Position numbers and translations under genes: made by a program
Shown: one piece after another, positions 23,150-36,000 of the stretch
How the letters are laid out: each line of letters begins with the position of its first letter
Numbering within the stretch: position 1 is the stretch's first letter
The notes under the pieces: generated by a model
Databases searched by the model: none
The model's input: only the letters and a program-made list of their open reading frames with translations
What the model was told of the DNA's origin: nothing
Assembly (NCBI GenBank): GCA_051294375.1
Contig: JBJCIZ010001661.1
Span: forward strand, 4,812-68,811
Direction: 5' to 3'
Length of the DNA stretch: 64,000 nucleotides
DNA from: Paraspadella gotoi
Lineage: Eukaryota > Animalia > Chaetognatha

Positions 23150-26100
23150 CTATAGTTTTATTTTAACAGATTTATGCAGGAATAGGATTGTACCACAAAA
23201 ATTTAGTGTTTTGTAAAGATTGTTTTTATTTTTAATCGTGTGCATACCTGTGTGAATATAATATGGATATTTTACAAACATCCTATTAAATCATTTATAA
23301 AGTTTAAAAGAAGATAATTTCAAATCAAAATTAAAATTCTTCTTGAATAAAGACTTAAAAAATTTAAAACTGCACTAAATTAAATATTTTTGATGCTATT
23401 TTAAAATTTTAAATTGCGCTATTTTTATTCCTGTGCACATGTGTGCAAATATATTTTTCCCTTTTTGTACAGGATTTCACAAAAGGACAAACAAATGATT
23501 TTTTGCACAGGATTACAAAGTACTACAACAACTCGTTATTTCTACTCTATTATTTTCACAGATTTGAACAGGAATAAGATTGTGCCATAAAAAATAAAAA
23601 ATTTCTACAGATTCCTTTTATTTTCAATCCTATTCAAGCCTATGGAAATATAATATGTATCTTTAACATATATTCTATTTAATCTTTTATACCGTTCCCA
23701 AGAAAAACTGTTTCGCCCTAAATAAAAATAAAAATACTTCATGAAAAAACCCCTAAAATAGTTAAATTGCAATAAAGTAAATCATTTTTGCACGCTAATT
23801 TTATTCCTGTGCAAATCGGTAAAATGTTTCAAATATTTTAAATTGCGCTATTTTTATTCCTGTGCAAATCGGTGCTAATTAATTTTTTCACTTTTGCACA
23901 GGATTGCACAGAGAGACAAACAAATTATTTTTAGCAGCGGATTACATAGCATTATAACAAATCGTTATTTCTGATCTTTTATTTGCACAGATTTGCACAG
24001 GAATGGGATTGAGCCATAAAATTTAAATCCTGTGAAAACTTGTGAAAATATGATATGTATCTTTCACATAAATCCCATTCAATGTTTTATAAAGTTAAAA
24101 AAAAATATTTTGTCGCAAATTAAAATAAGATATCTTCATGTAAAAAAGACCTAAAAAGTTAATTCCGATGCAAATATTTCAAAATATTTCAAAATATTTC
24201 AAAATATTTCAAAAAACTTAAGTTTGCTATTTTTATTCCTGTACAAATCTGTGCAAATTTATTTTTTCAGAGAGAAAATCGGTAAAAGGTTTCAAAAATT
24301 ATAATTGCGCTATTTTTTTTCCTGTGCAAATCTGTGCAAATAGATTTTTTTTGCACAGGATTGCAAAGAAAGACAAACAAATTGTTTTTTGCACAGCATT
24401 ACAACAAATTGTTATTCCTCGTTTTTTTATATGCTAAATCAAAAATAATTATTTTTTTTCTGTGCAAATTGGTAAAGGTTTAAAAAATTATAATTGCGCT
24501 ATTTTTATTCCTGTGCATATCTGTGCAAATTGATTTTTTTATTTTGCATAGGATTGCACAGAAAGACAAACAAATTGTTTGAAAAAGGATTGCACAGCAT
24601 TACAACAAATCGCTAATTCTATTTTCAGATTTGCACAGGAATATAGTTGTGCTATAAAAATTTTAAGTTTTGCACAGATTATTTTCTTTTTAATCCTGTG
24701 TAAACCTTTGCAAGTATAATATGTATCTTTTACATATATCCTATTCAATATTTTATAAAGTTAAAATTAAAATTAATTAAATTAAAAATCCTTCATGAAA
24801 AATTACCCTAAATTTCACTAAAGACTAATAATGCAAATCTGTGCAAATTTAATTTTTCAAAGAGACAAACAAATGGTTTTTTTGCACCGGATTGCACAGT
24901 ATTATAACAAATCGTTATTATTACCCTTTTATTTGCATAAGTTTGCACATGAATAGGATTGTGCAATAACAATTTAAAATTTTGCAAAGATTCTTTACAA
25001 TTTTAATCCTAAGCAAACCTGTGCAAATATAATATGTATCTTTTACCTATGTCGCATTCAATCTTTTAAAAATTCATAGAAAAAATTGTTTTGCCCAAAA
25101 TATAAAAATCCTTTAAGAAAAAAAGACTTATAAAAGTTAAAACTGCACTAAAATAAATATTTTTTATGCTATTTTTATTCCTGTGCAATAAGGCGTAGTG
25201 AAAGTTACGTATGGAAATTCTAAAGGTCAATTATGAACAACATACCATCAGTGAACATTAATTTGTAAAAAAAATTAATTTTACGTTTTTTAATTTTCGC
25301 AGTAGGCTATATTTATATATAGTACTATCCTTATAAAATCGAAAAATTTCAAAATAGGCTTTTCTTAATTTTGATTGCAGATTTGAATTCCTCGTCAAAA
25401 GTTGATAAAAGAAAATATAAATTATTTTTAAAAATTCTTTCATTAAGTGGGTTAAAACTTAAAAAAACTATATTTAATATATAAAAAGTTAATTTTCAGC
25501 TTAAAATATAACTTTTTTTAATTTTTGACCCACTTAATGAAAGAATTTTTTAAAAAGAGTTATATTTCTTTCTATCAACTTTTTATGACGAATCCAAATC
25601 TGCAAAAAAATCTTAGAAAAAACTGTTTTGAAATTTTAACATTTATTGCATTAGTACTAGTATAAATATGGCCTACTGCGTAAATTATAAAATTTATTAT
25701 AAATTTTTTTTATACATAAATGTTCATTAGTATAATGTTGTTCGTTCCTTACTTTTAGAATTTTAATTAAAGTTAAATTTAGAAATTTTACTACGCCTTA
25801 CTGTGCAAATCGATAAAAGGTTTCAAAAATGTAATTACTATTTTTTTTTTATTCTTGTACAAATCTGTGCTAATTAATTTTTGTTATTTTGCACAGGATT
25901 GCAAAGAAGGACAAACAAATTATTTTATGCACAGGATTATACAGCATTACAAAAAAATATTATTTTTCTTTTTTTATGCTAAGTAAAAATTTAAATTTAT
26001 ATTAAAAATTTAATGTGCAAATCGGAAAAAGGTTTCAAAATTATAATTGCACTATTTTTTTTCCTGTACAAATCTGTGCAAATTGATTTTTTTATTTTGC

Positions 26101-27055
26101 ACAGGATTGTACAGAAAGACAAACAAATTGTTTGCACAGGATTGTGCAGCATTAAAACAAATCGTTAATTCTATTTTTTTATTTGCACCGATTTGCACAG
26201 GAATGTAATTTAGGCCATAAAAATGTTAATTTGTTTGCACAAGATTGCACAACATTACAACACTACTTTTTTATTTGCACAGATTTGTACAAGAATAGAA
26301 TTGTGCCATAAAAATTTAAAGTTTTGCTCAGATTCTTTTCATTTTTAATCCTGTGCAAACCTTTGCAAATATAATAAGTATTTTTACATATATCCTACTC
26401 AATCTTTTATAAAGTAATAAAAAATTGTTTAGCCCCTAATCAAAATAAAAATCCTTTATCCTCCTGTGCAAATCTGTAAAAATTGTTTTTTTTATTTTTA
26501 CGCTAAATCGAAAAAAATAATTTTTTTACTGTGCAAATCAATAAAAAGTTTAAAAAATTAAAATTGCGCTATTTTTATTCCTATGTAAGTCTTTGCAAAT
26601 TATTTTTTTTATTTTGTATAGGATGGCCCAGAAAGACAAACAAATTGTTTTTTGCACAGGACTGCACAGCATTACAACAAATTGTACTTTTTTATGCTAA
26701 ATCAAAAGGTTTCAAAAATTATAATTGCGCTATTCTTATTCCTGTGCAAATCGGTGCAAATTAATATTTTTTGCACAGGATTACAGAGCATTACTACAAA
26801 TCGTTTTTTTTACTATTTTATTTGTACAGATTTGCACAGGAATAGGATTGTGCCATAAAAATTTTAAGTTTTGCACTGATTATTTTCATTTTACCTGTGC
26901 AAACCTTTGCAAATATAATATCTATCATTTACATATATTCTATTCAATATTCTATGAAGTTAAAAAAAATGTTTTGCCCCTAATCAAAATAAAAATTCTT
27001 CTTGAAAAAAAGCCCTGCAAAGTTAAAAATGGTACTAAATACTAATATTGCATTA
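23150..27055 (+). repeat. TGCACAG satellite (block 2, more diverged at the left)
   Basis: Same motifs and linkers as block 1. Confidence 0.93.
25189..25800 (+). mobile_element. Fold-back MITE copy 3 (612 bp, cleanest copy; TSD CTGTGCAA)
   Basis: TAAGGCGTAGTGAAA...TTTTACTACGCCTTA (14/15 TIR match). CTGTGCAA at 25181-25188 and 25801-25808. The whole element is an imperfect palindrome centred near 25490. Confidence 0.93.
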
Positions 27056-27819
27056 TTTTTAGTCGTATCTGCTTATCAGCAGATCCCGACTCTATAACTC
27101 ACTTTTTCGGTCCGTCGGTCCGCCCCCTCAATATTGTCGGGTACACACTTAAATCATGTCAGAACATCGAATTATGATAAATTATGCAAAAAAAATGATG
27201 TCCGTCCGTCCGTCCGTCTGTCTGTCCGACCGTCCGTCCGTCCGTCCGTCCGTCCGTCCGTCCGTCGTCGTCCTTGTCCGTCCGTCGCCACCTTAGCAAA
27301 AAACTCCAATTACCCGTGATTGGATGGATGGATTGGTATGAAATTTTGTGTGTGGGTAGGAAACTGTGTGATTGAGATGGATATGAAGTTTCGAGGGAAT
27401 CGTGCGAGTGGAAATTGGTTTAAATGGAAAAAACAAAAAAATTTATTTCACTATTTGAACGCCAATTGCTCATGAGTGGATAGTGCAATTGACTTGAAAT
27501 TTTGTATGATGGTAGGAAAGTGTGTGATTGAGCCGGATATAAAGTTTCGATGGAATCGTGCGAGTGGAAATGAGTTAAAATGGAAAAAACAAAAGTCATA
27601 TTTACTTGAAGTATTTTTACTTAAATTTACTCATAATTATTTTGTTTATTAAAAATTGGATAGATAAATCGAAATTGAATTTTGTGTGTGGGTAGGAAAG
27701 TATGTGATAAAGCTGGATAAAAATTTTTTGATGGAATCGTAGGAGTGGAAAAGAGTTCAAATTAGAAAACCAAAAGACACATTTATTTGAATTTTTTAAA
27801 GTTTCTCTCTCTCTCTCTC

Positions 27820-27882
<63 letters not shown>

Positions 27883-29022
27883 CCAAATTATGCTAATTGA
27901 CCAAATTATGCCAGTTGACCAAATTCTGCAAGTTAATCAAGTTTTGCAAGTTGACCAAATTATGCCTGTTGACCAAATTAGGCTAGTTGATAAAATTATG
28001 CCAGTTAACCAAATTATGCCGGTTGACCAAATTATCTTAATTGATCAAATTATGTCAGTTGACCAAATTATGTCAGTTGACCAAATTATGTCAGTAGACC
28101 AAATTATGTCAGTTAACCAAATTATGTCAGTTGACCAAATTATGCAAGTTGATTAAATTATGCAAGTTGACCAAGATAGCTTATTACCACTTAATTATCG
28201 ATTGACCTGGAATTTTGTATGTGAGTAGAAAAGTGTGTGATTGAACAGAAAACCAAGTTTCGATGGAATCTTTTGAGTGGAAATGAGTTTAAATGGAAAA
28301 AAACAAAAAACCTGTTTCACTAATTGATTATGCTTCTTTTTCCTTTTATATTAAATGTATATGCAGGATGTATTAATAAGTCAAATAATTAATCAGTTAA
28401 TTAATCAATTAGTCAATTAATTAATCAATAATTATTTAATCAGTCAATCAATCCGTCCATCCGTCCCACCTTAGCAAAAAGCTCCAATAACTCGTGATTG
28501 GCTGGTTGGATTGAAATGAAATTTTGTGTGTGGGTAGGAAAGTGTGTGATAAAGCTGGATATAAAGTTTCGACGGAATCGTGTGAGTGGAAATGAGTTTA
28601 AGTGGAAAAAACATAAGTCGCATTTACTAAAATCTTTTTACTTATTTTAACCAATAAGTACTCTAATTAATCATAATTGGATGGATAGATTGAGTTCAAA
28701 TTTTTTGTGTGGGTAGAAAAATGTGTATCGATGCTTGATATAAAGTTTCGGTGGAAACGTACGAGTGGAAATGAGTTTAAATGAAAAAAATATGAGTCAC
28801 ATTTACTTGAATCTTTTTACTTTTACTTTTAACCCATAATAGATTGAGATGAAATTTTGTGAGCGGGTAGGAAAGTGTGTGAAAAAGCTAGATATAAAGT
28901 TTTGACGGAATTGTGCCAGTGGAAATGAGTTTAAATGGAAAAAACCTAAGTCACATTTACTTGAAGCAGAAAAAATGATACAAGTTAAAAAAAATCCTAA
29001 AAGCATAAGGATCGTCGCAATT

Positions 29023-29087
<65 letters not shown>

Positions 29088-29117
29088 AGTAAAATGAGCA
29101 TAAGGATCATCGCAATT

Positions 29118-29184
<67 letters not shown>

Positions 29185-29703
29185 TAGAAAGAGAGAGAGT
29201 CCGAGATAAAAATTAGCGAATAAAAAAGTTGTTATTTTACTCACTGAATAAAAATACTTAAAATACTTACAAAATACATAAAATTGATAAATTATTATTC
29301 CGATAACATTGTTTAATCACATGCAATATATCTAGTAAGGCCTAATATCTAGTAAGGCGGGCCAAAATTGAACACTTTTATAAACTTCTAGTTCTCTTTA
29401 AATTTTTTTTTCCTTTTACTACTAAATCGATTTTCAATATAACTTTTTGAATTAGTTCATTGGGTTGTTGCACTGAAGCTTTTAAATATTTATTAATATA
29501 TATAATATGTAAAGTATTGACGGAATTGTGCCAGGGGAAATGAGTTTAGATGGAAAAAACATAAGTCACATTTACTTGAATCTTTAATATTAATGATTAC
29601 TAATAAATGTTTTATTAATTAATGAATTAATTAATTAATTAATGTGAAAAAATGATGCAAGTTAAAAAAAATCTGAAAAGCATAAAGATAGTCGCAATTG
29701 CAG

Positions 29704-29765
<62 letters not shown>

Positions 29766-30020
29766 GTGAGAGAGAGAGAGAGAAGGAGACATAAAATAAA
29801 ATAGAGGATATTTGTTTGTTTTGATAAAATGTAAACAAAACATATTTAATAACTGTCCTAACCCAATTTTAAGGACATCGATGATGATAAGTTGAATATA
29901 AATTTAAAATTAATTATTACATATTAAAATTAATTATTTACTTAATTAATTAATTAATCGATAATTAATTAATTAATTAATTATCGTAGGCAGATCCGAC
30001 ATTGTTTGCTCAAACTTGTT
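27056..30020 (+). mobile_element. Full-length non-autonomous Helentron-like element (HINE/DINE-1 architecture), family A copy 1
   Basis: 5' subTIR/hairpin GTCGTATCTGC-TTATCA-GCAGATCCCGAC; (GTCC)n at 27199-27290; ~155-180-bp central repeats; 3' subTIR GCAGATCCGAC followed by a GTTTG-CT-CAAAC stem-loop and TTGTT. Inserted in a T-run with no TSD (empty site CATTATTTTTATTCCTG at ~32364). Confidence 0.88.
27821..28175 (+). repeat. (GATT)n microsatellite followed by 18-bp minisatellite (GTTGACCAAATTATGCCA)n inside HINE-A
   Basis: Visible tandem units; they generate the spurious (VDQIMP/S)n ORF. Confidence 0.95.
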
Positions 30021-33000
30021 TATTCCTGTACAAATCTGTACAAATTGATTTTTTTATTTTGCACAAGATTGCAAAGAAAGACAAACAAATTGTACTTTGC
30101 ACAGGATTGCACAGCATTTAAAAAGTTGTTAATTCTCATTTTTTTTACGACAAATCAAAAAAAAAATGTTTTCTACTGTGCAAATCGGTAAAAGGTTTTA
30201 AAAATTAGAATTTTTTTATTTTTCTTCCTGTGCAAATCTGTGCAAATTGATTTTTTTTGCACAGGATTGCACAGAAAGACAAAGAATTGTTTGCACAGGA
30301 TTTCACAGCATTACAGCAAATCATTAATTCTATTTTTTTTTCAGAGATTTGCACAGGAAAAAAATTTGTGCCATAAAAATTTAAAGTTTTGCACAGATTC
30401 TTTTTATTTTTAATCCTGTGCAAACCTTTGCAAGTATAATATGTATCTTGTACATATATCCAATTCAATTTTTTTTAAGTTAAAAAAATATGTTCCTATT
30501 TAAAATGAAAATCCTTCATGAAAAAGGCCTTAAAAAGTTAAAACTGCACCAAATACTAACATTGCGCTATTTTTATTCCTGTGCAAATCTGTGCAAAATG
30601 ATTTTTTTCAGAGAGACATGAAATTATTTTTTTGCACAGGATTGCACAGCATTCCAGCGCAAATCTATGCAAATTGGTATTTCTCATTTTTTTACGCTAA
30701 ATCGAAAAAAATAATTTTTTTATTGTGCAAATCAATAAAAAGTTTAAAAAATTATAATTGTGCTATTTTTATTCCTATGCAAATCTGTGCAAATTGATTT
30801 TTAAAATTTTGTATAGGATTGCCCAAAAAGACAAATTGTTTGCACAGGATTGCACATCGTTACAACAAATCGTTAATTATATTTTTTTATTTGCAAGGAT
30901 TTGCACAAGAATAGAATAGTGCTATAAAAATTGAAAGTTTTGCCCAGATTCTTTTTTTTTGCATTTCTGTACAAATCTGTACAAAGTAAATTTTGTATTT
31001 TGTACAGGATTGCAAATTTTTTTGCACAGGACTGCACAGCATTACAACAAATTGTTATTTCTCCTTTTTTATGCTAAATTAACCAAAAAAATTTTTTACT
31101 GTGCAAATCGGTAAAAGGTTTTAAAAATTATATTTGCGCTATTTTTATTCCTGTGCAAATCGGTGCAAATTGATATTTTTTGCACAGGATTGCACAGCAT
31201 TACTACTAATCTTTATTTTTACTATTTTATTTGTACAGATTTGCACAGGAACAGGATTGTGCCATAAAAATTTTAAGTTTTGCACTGATTATTTTCATTT
31301 TACCTTTGCAAACCTTTGCAAATATAATATGTATCATTTACATATATTCTATTCAATCTTCTATGAAGTTAAAAAAAAGTGTTTTGCCCCTAATCAAAAT
31401 AAAAGTTCTTCTTGAATAAAAGCCCTGCAAAGTGAAAAATGGCACTAAATACTAATATTGCATTATTTTTTTCCTGTGCAAATCTGTATAAATTGATTTT
31501 TTTTATTTTGAACAAGATTGCAAAGAAAGTCAAACAAATTATACTTTGCACAGGATTGCACAGCATTCAAAAAGTTGTTAATTCTCATTTTTTTTACGAC
31601 AAATCAAAAAAAAAATTTTATACTGTGCAAATCGGTAAAAGGTTTTAAAAATTAGAGTTTTTCTATTTTTCTTCCTGTGCAAATCTGTGCAAATTGATTT
31701 TTTTTGCACAGGATTGCACAGAAAGACAAAAAATTGTTTGCACAGGATTGCACAGCATTACAACAAATCATTAATTCTATTTTTTTTATTTCAGAGATTT
31801 GCACAGGAAAATAATTTGTGCCATAAAAATTTAAAATTTTGCACAGATTCTTTTTATTTTTAATCCTGTGCAAACCTTTGCAAGAATAATATGTATCTTT
31901 TACAAAAATCCAATTCAATTTTTTTTTAAGTTCAAAAAAAATTCGTTCCTATTTAAAATGAAAATCCTTTATGAAAAAAGCCTTAAAAAGTTAATACTGC
32001 ACCAAATACTAACATTGCGCTATTTTTATTCCTGTGTAAATCTGTGCCAAATGATTTTTTCAGAAAGACAAATAAATTATTTTTTTGCACAGGATTGCAC
32101 AGCATTCCTGTGCAAATCTAGGCAAATTGTTATTTCTCATTTTTTTATGCTGAATCGAAAAAAGAATTTTTTACTGTGCAAATCAATAAAAAGTTAAAAA
32201 ATATATAATTGCGCTATTTTTATTCCTATACAAATCTGTGCAAATAGATTTTTTTCTTTGGTATAGGATTGCCCAGAAAGACAAACAAATTGTTTGCACA
32301 GGATTGCACATCATTACAACAAATCGTTATTTCTCCTAAAAATAGCACTAAATACTAATATTGCATTATTTTTATTCCTGTTCAAATCTGTACAAATTAT
32401 TTTTCTTTATTATGCACAGGATTGCAAAGAAAGACAAACAGATTGTTCTTTGCACAGGATTGCACAGCATTTAAAAAACTGTTATTTCTCTTTTTTTTCA
32501 CGACAAATCAAAAAATATATTTTTTTACTGTGAAAATCGATAAAAGGTTTTAAAAATTAGAATTTTTCTATTTTTCTTTTTGTACAAATCTGTAAAAATT
32601 GACAAAAAATCTGACAAAAAATTATTGGCACAGGATTGCACAGCATTACAACAAATCATTAATTCTATTTTTTTATTGCACAGATTTGCACAGGAAAATA
32701 ATTTGTGCCATAAAAAAGTTTTGCACAGATTTTTTTTTCAATCCTGTACAAACCTTTGCAAGTATAATATATATATTTTATATATATCCAATTAAATTTT
32801 TTTAAAGTTAAAAAACGAATTTTTGCCCCTACTTAAAATGAAAATCATTCAAGAAAAAAGCCCTAAAGAGTTAAAACTGCACTAAATACTATACTAACAT
32901 TGAGCTATTTTTATTCCTGTGCAAATCTGTGCAAAATGATTTTTTTCAGAGAGACATACAAATTGTTTTTTGCACAGGATTGTACAGCATTACAACAAAT

Positions 33001-36000
33001 CGTTAATTTATTTTTTTATTTGCACGGATTTACACAAGAAAATAATTGTACTATAAAAATGTAAAGTTTTACACAGATTTTTTTTTGCATTTCTGTACAA
33101 ATCTGGACAAATTAACTTTTGTATTTTGTACAGGATTGCAAAGAAAGACAAACAAATTGTTTTTTGCACAGGATTGCACAGCATTCAAACCACTGTTTCT
33201 CCTTTTTTTCACGACAAATAAAAAAAAGTTTTTTTACTGTTTCAATCGGTAAAAGGTTTTAAAAGTTATAATTTTGCTATTTTTTTCCTGTGCAAATCTG
33301 TGCAAATTGCACAGGATGCACAGAAAGACGAAAAAATGTTTGTACAGGATTGCACAGCATTACAACAAATTGTTAATTCTATTTTTTCATTGCACAGATT
33401 TGCACAGGAAAATAATTTGTGCCATAAAAATTTAAAGTTTTGCACAGATTTTTTTAATTTTTAATCCTGTGCAAACTTTGCAAGTGAAATATAGACCTAA
33501 AAAAGTTAAAACTGTACTAAAAAAAACATTTTTTATGCTATTTTTATTCCTGTGCAAATCTGTACAATCTGTACAATNNNNNNNNNNNNNNNNNNNNNNN
33601 NNNNNNNNNNNNNNNNNNNNNNNNNNNNNNNNNNNNNNNNNNNNNNNNNNNNNNNNNNNNNNNNNNNNNNNNNNNNNNNNNNNNNNNNNNNNNNNNNNNN
33701 NNNNNNNNNNNNNNNNNNNNNNNNNNNNNNNNNNNNNNNNNNNNNNNNNNNNNNNNNNNNNNNNNNNNNNNNNNNNNNNNNNNNNNNNNNNNNNNNNNNN
33801 NNNNNNNNNNNNNNNNNNNNNNNNNNNNNNNNNNNNNNNNNNNNNNNNNNNNNNNNNNNNNNNNNNNNNNNNNNNNNNNNNNNNNNNNNNNNNNNNNNNN
33901 NNNNNNNNNNNNNNNNNNNNNNNNNNNNNNNNNNNNNNNNNNNNNNNNNNNNNNNNNNNNNNNNNNNNNNNNNNNNNNNNNNNNNNNNNNNNNNNNNNNN
34001 NNNNNNNNNNNNNNNNNNNNNNNNNNNNNNNNNNNNNNNNNNNNNNNNNNNNNNNNNNNNNNNNNNNNNNNNNNNNNNNNNNNNNNNNNNNNNNNNNNNN
34101 NNNNNNNNNNNNNNNNNNNNNNNNNNNNNNNTAAAAAATCGTTAATTCTATTTTTTTATTGCACAGATTTGTACAGGAAAATAATTTGTGCCACAAAAAG
34201 TTAAAGTTTTGTACAGATTTTTCTTATTTTTAATCCTGTGCAAACCTTTGCAAATACAAAATGTATCTTTTACATATATCCTATTCAATCTTTTATAAAG
34301 TTAAAAAAGATTTGCACAGGAATAGGATTGTGACAAAATATTTTAATTTTTTGATGCTATTTTTATTCCTGTATAATTCAGGGCATAATATTTTCATTTT
34401 TATTTTTGCACAGGATTTCATAGAAAGTCAAACAAATTGTTTTTTGCATAGGATTTCACAGCATTACAACAAATCGTTAATTATATTTTTTATTTGCAAG
34501 GATTTGCATAAGAATAGAATAGTGCTATAAAAATTTAAAGTTTTGCCCAGATTCTTTTTTTTNNNNNNNNNNNNNNNNNNNNNNNNNNNNNNNNNNNNNN
34601 NNNNNNNNNNNNNNNNNNNNNNNNNNNNNNNNNNNNNNNNNNNNNNNNNNNNNNNNNNNNNNNNNNNNNNNNNNNNNNNNNNNNNNNNNNNNNNNNNNNN
34701 NNNNNNNNNNNNNNNNNNNNNNNNNNNNNNNNNNNNNNNNNNNNNNNNNNNNNNNNNNNNNNNNNNNNNNNNNNNNNNNNNNNNNNNNNNNNNNNNNNNN
34801 NNNNNNNNNNNNNNNNNNNNNNNNNNNNNNNNNNNNNNNNNNNNNNNNNNNNNNNNNNNNNNNNNNNNNNNNNNNNNNNNNNNNNNNNNNNNNNNNNNNN
34901 NNNNNNNNNNNNNNNNNNNNNNNNNNNNNNNNNNNNNNNNNNNNNNNNNNNNNTTTTTTACTGTGCAAATAGGTGAAAGGTTTTAAAAATTATATTTGCA
35001 CTAATTTTATTCCTGTGCAAATCGGTGCAAATTGATATTTTTTGCACAGGATTGCACAGCATTACTACTAATCGTTATTTTTACTATTTTATTTGTACAG
35101 ATTTGCACAGGAACAGGATTGTGCCATAAAAATTTTAAGTTTTGCACAGATTATTTTCATTTTACCTGTGCAAACCTTTGCAAATATAATATGTATCATT
35201 TACATATATTCTATTCAATCTTCTATGAAGTTAAAAATTAATTTTTGCCCCTAATCAAAAAAAATTTTTCTTGAATAAAAGCCCTGCAAAGTGAAAAATG
35301 GCACTAAATACTAATATTGCATTATTTTTTTGCACAGGATTGCACAGCATTCCTGTGTAAATCTAGGCAAATTGTTATTTCTCATTTTTTTTATGCTGAA
35401 TCGAAAAAAAGAATTTTTTACTGTGCAAATCAATAAAAAGTTAAAAAAAATAAAATTGTGCTATTTTTATTCCTATACAAATCTGTGCAAATAGAATTTT
35501 TTATTTTGTATTGGATTGCCCAGAAAGACAAACAAATTGTTTGCACAGGATTACACATCATTACAACAAATCGTTATTTCTCCTAAAAATGGCACTAAAT
35601 ACTAATATTGCATTTTTTTATTCCTGTTCAAATCTGTACAAATTATTTTTCTTTATTATGCACAGGATTGCAAAGAAAGACAAACAAATTGTTCTTTGCA
35701 CAGGATTGCACAGCATTTAAAAAACTGTTATTTCTCTTTTTTTCACGACAAATCAAAAAATATATTTTTTTTACTGTGCAAATCGGTAAAAGGTTTTAAA
35801 AATGTTCAGAATTATTCTATATTTTCTTACTGCTGCAAATCTGTGCAAATTGATTTTTTTTGCACAGGAATTGCACCAGAAAAAACAAAAAATTGTTTGC
35901 ACAGGATTGCACAGCATTATAACAATTGTTATATTCTATTTTTTATTGCACAGATTGCACAGGAAAATAATTTGTGCCATAAAAATGTGAAAGTTTTGCA

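Noticed and set aside
27875-28156. (VDQIMP)n repeat protein ORF, also at 50401-50718
   Set aside because: An 18-bp minisatellite inside a non-autonomous element, starting within a (GATT)n tract with no ATG context.
33432-34986. Long ORFs containing X runs
   Set aside because: Artefacts of N gaps.
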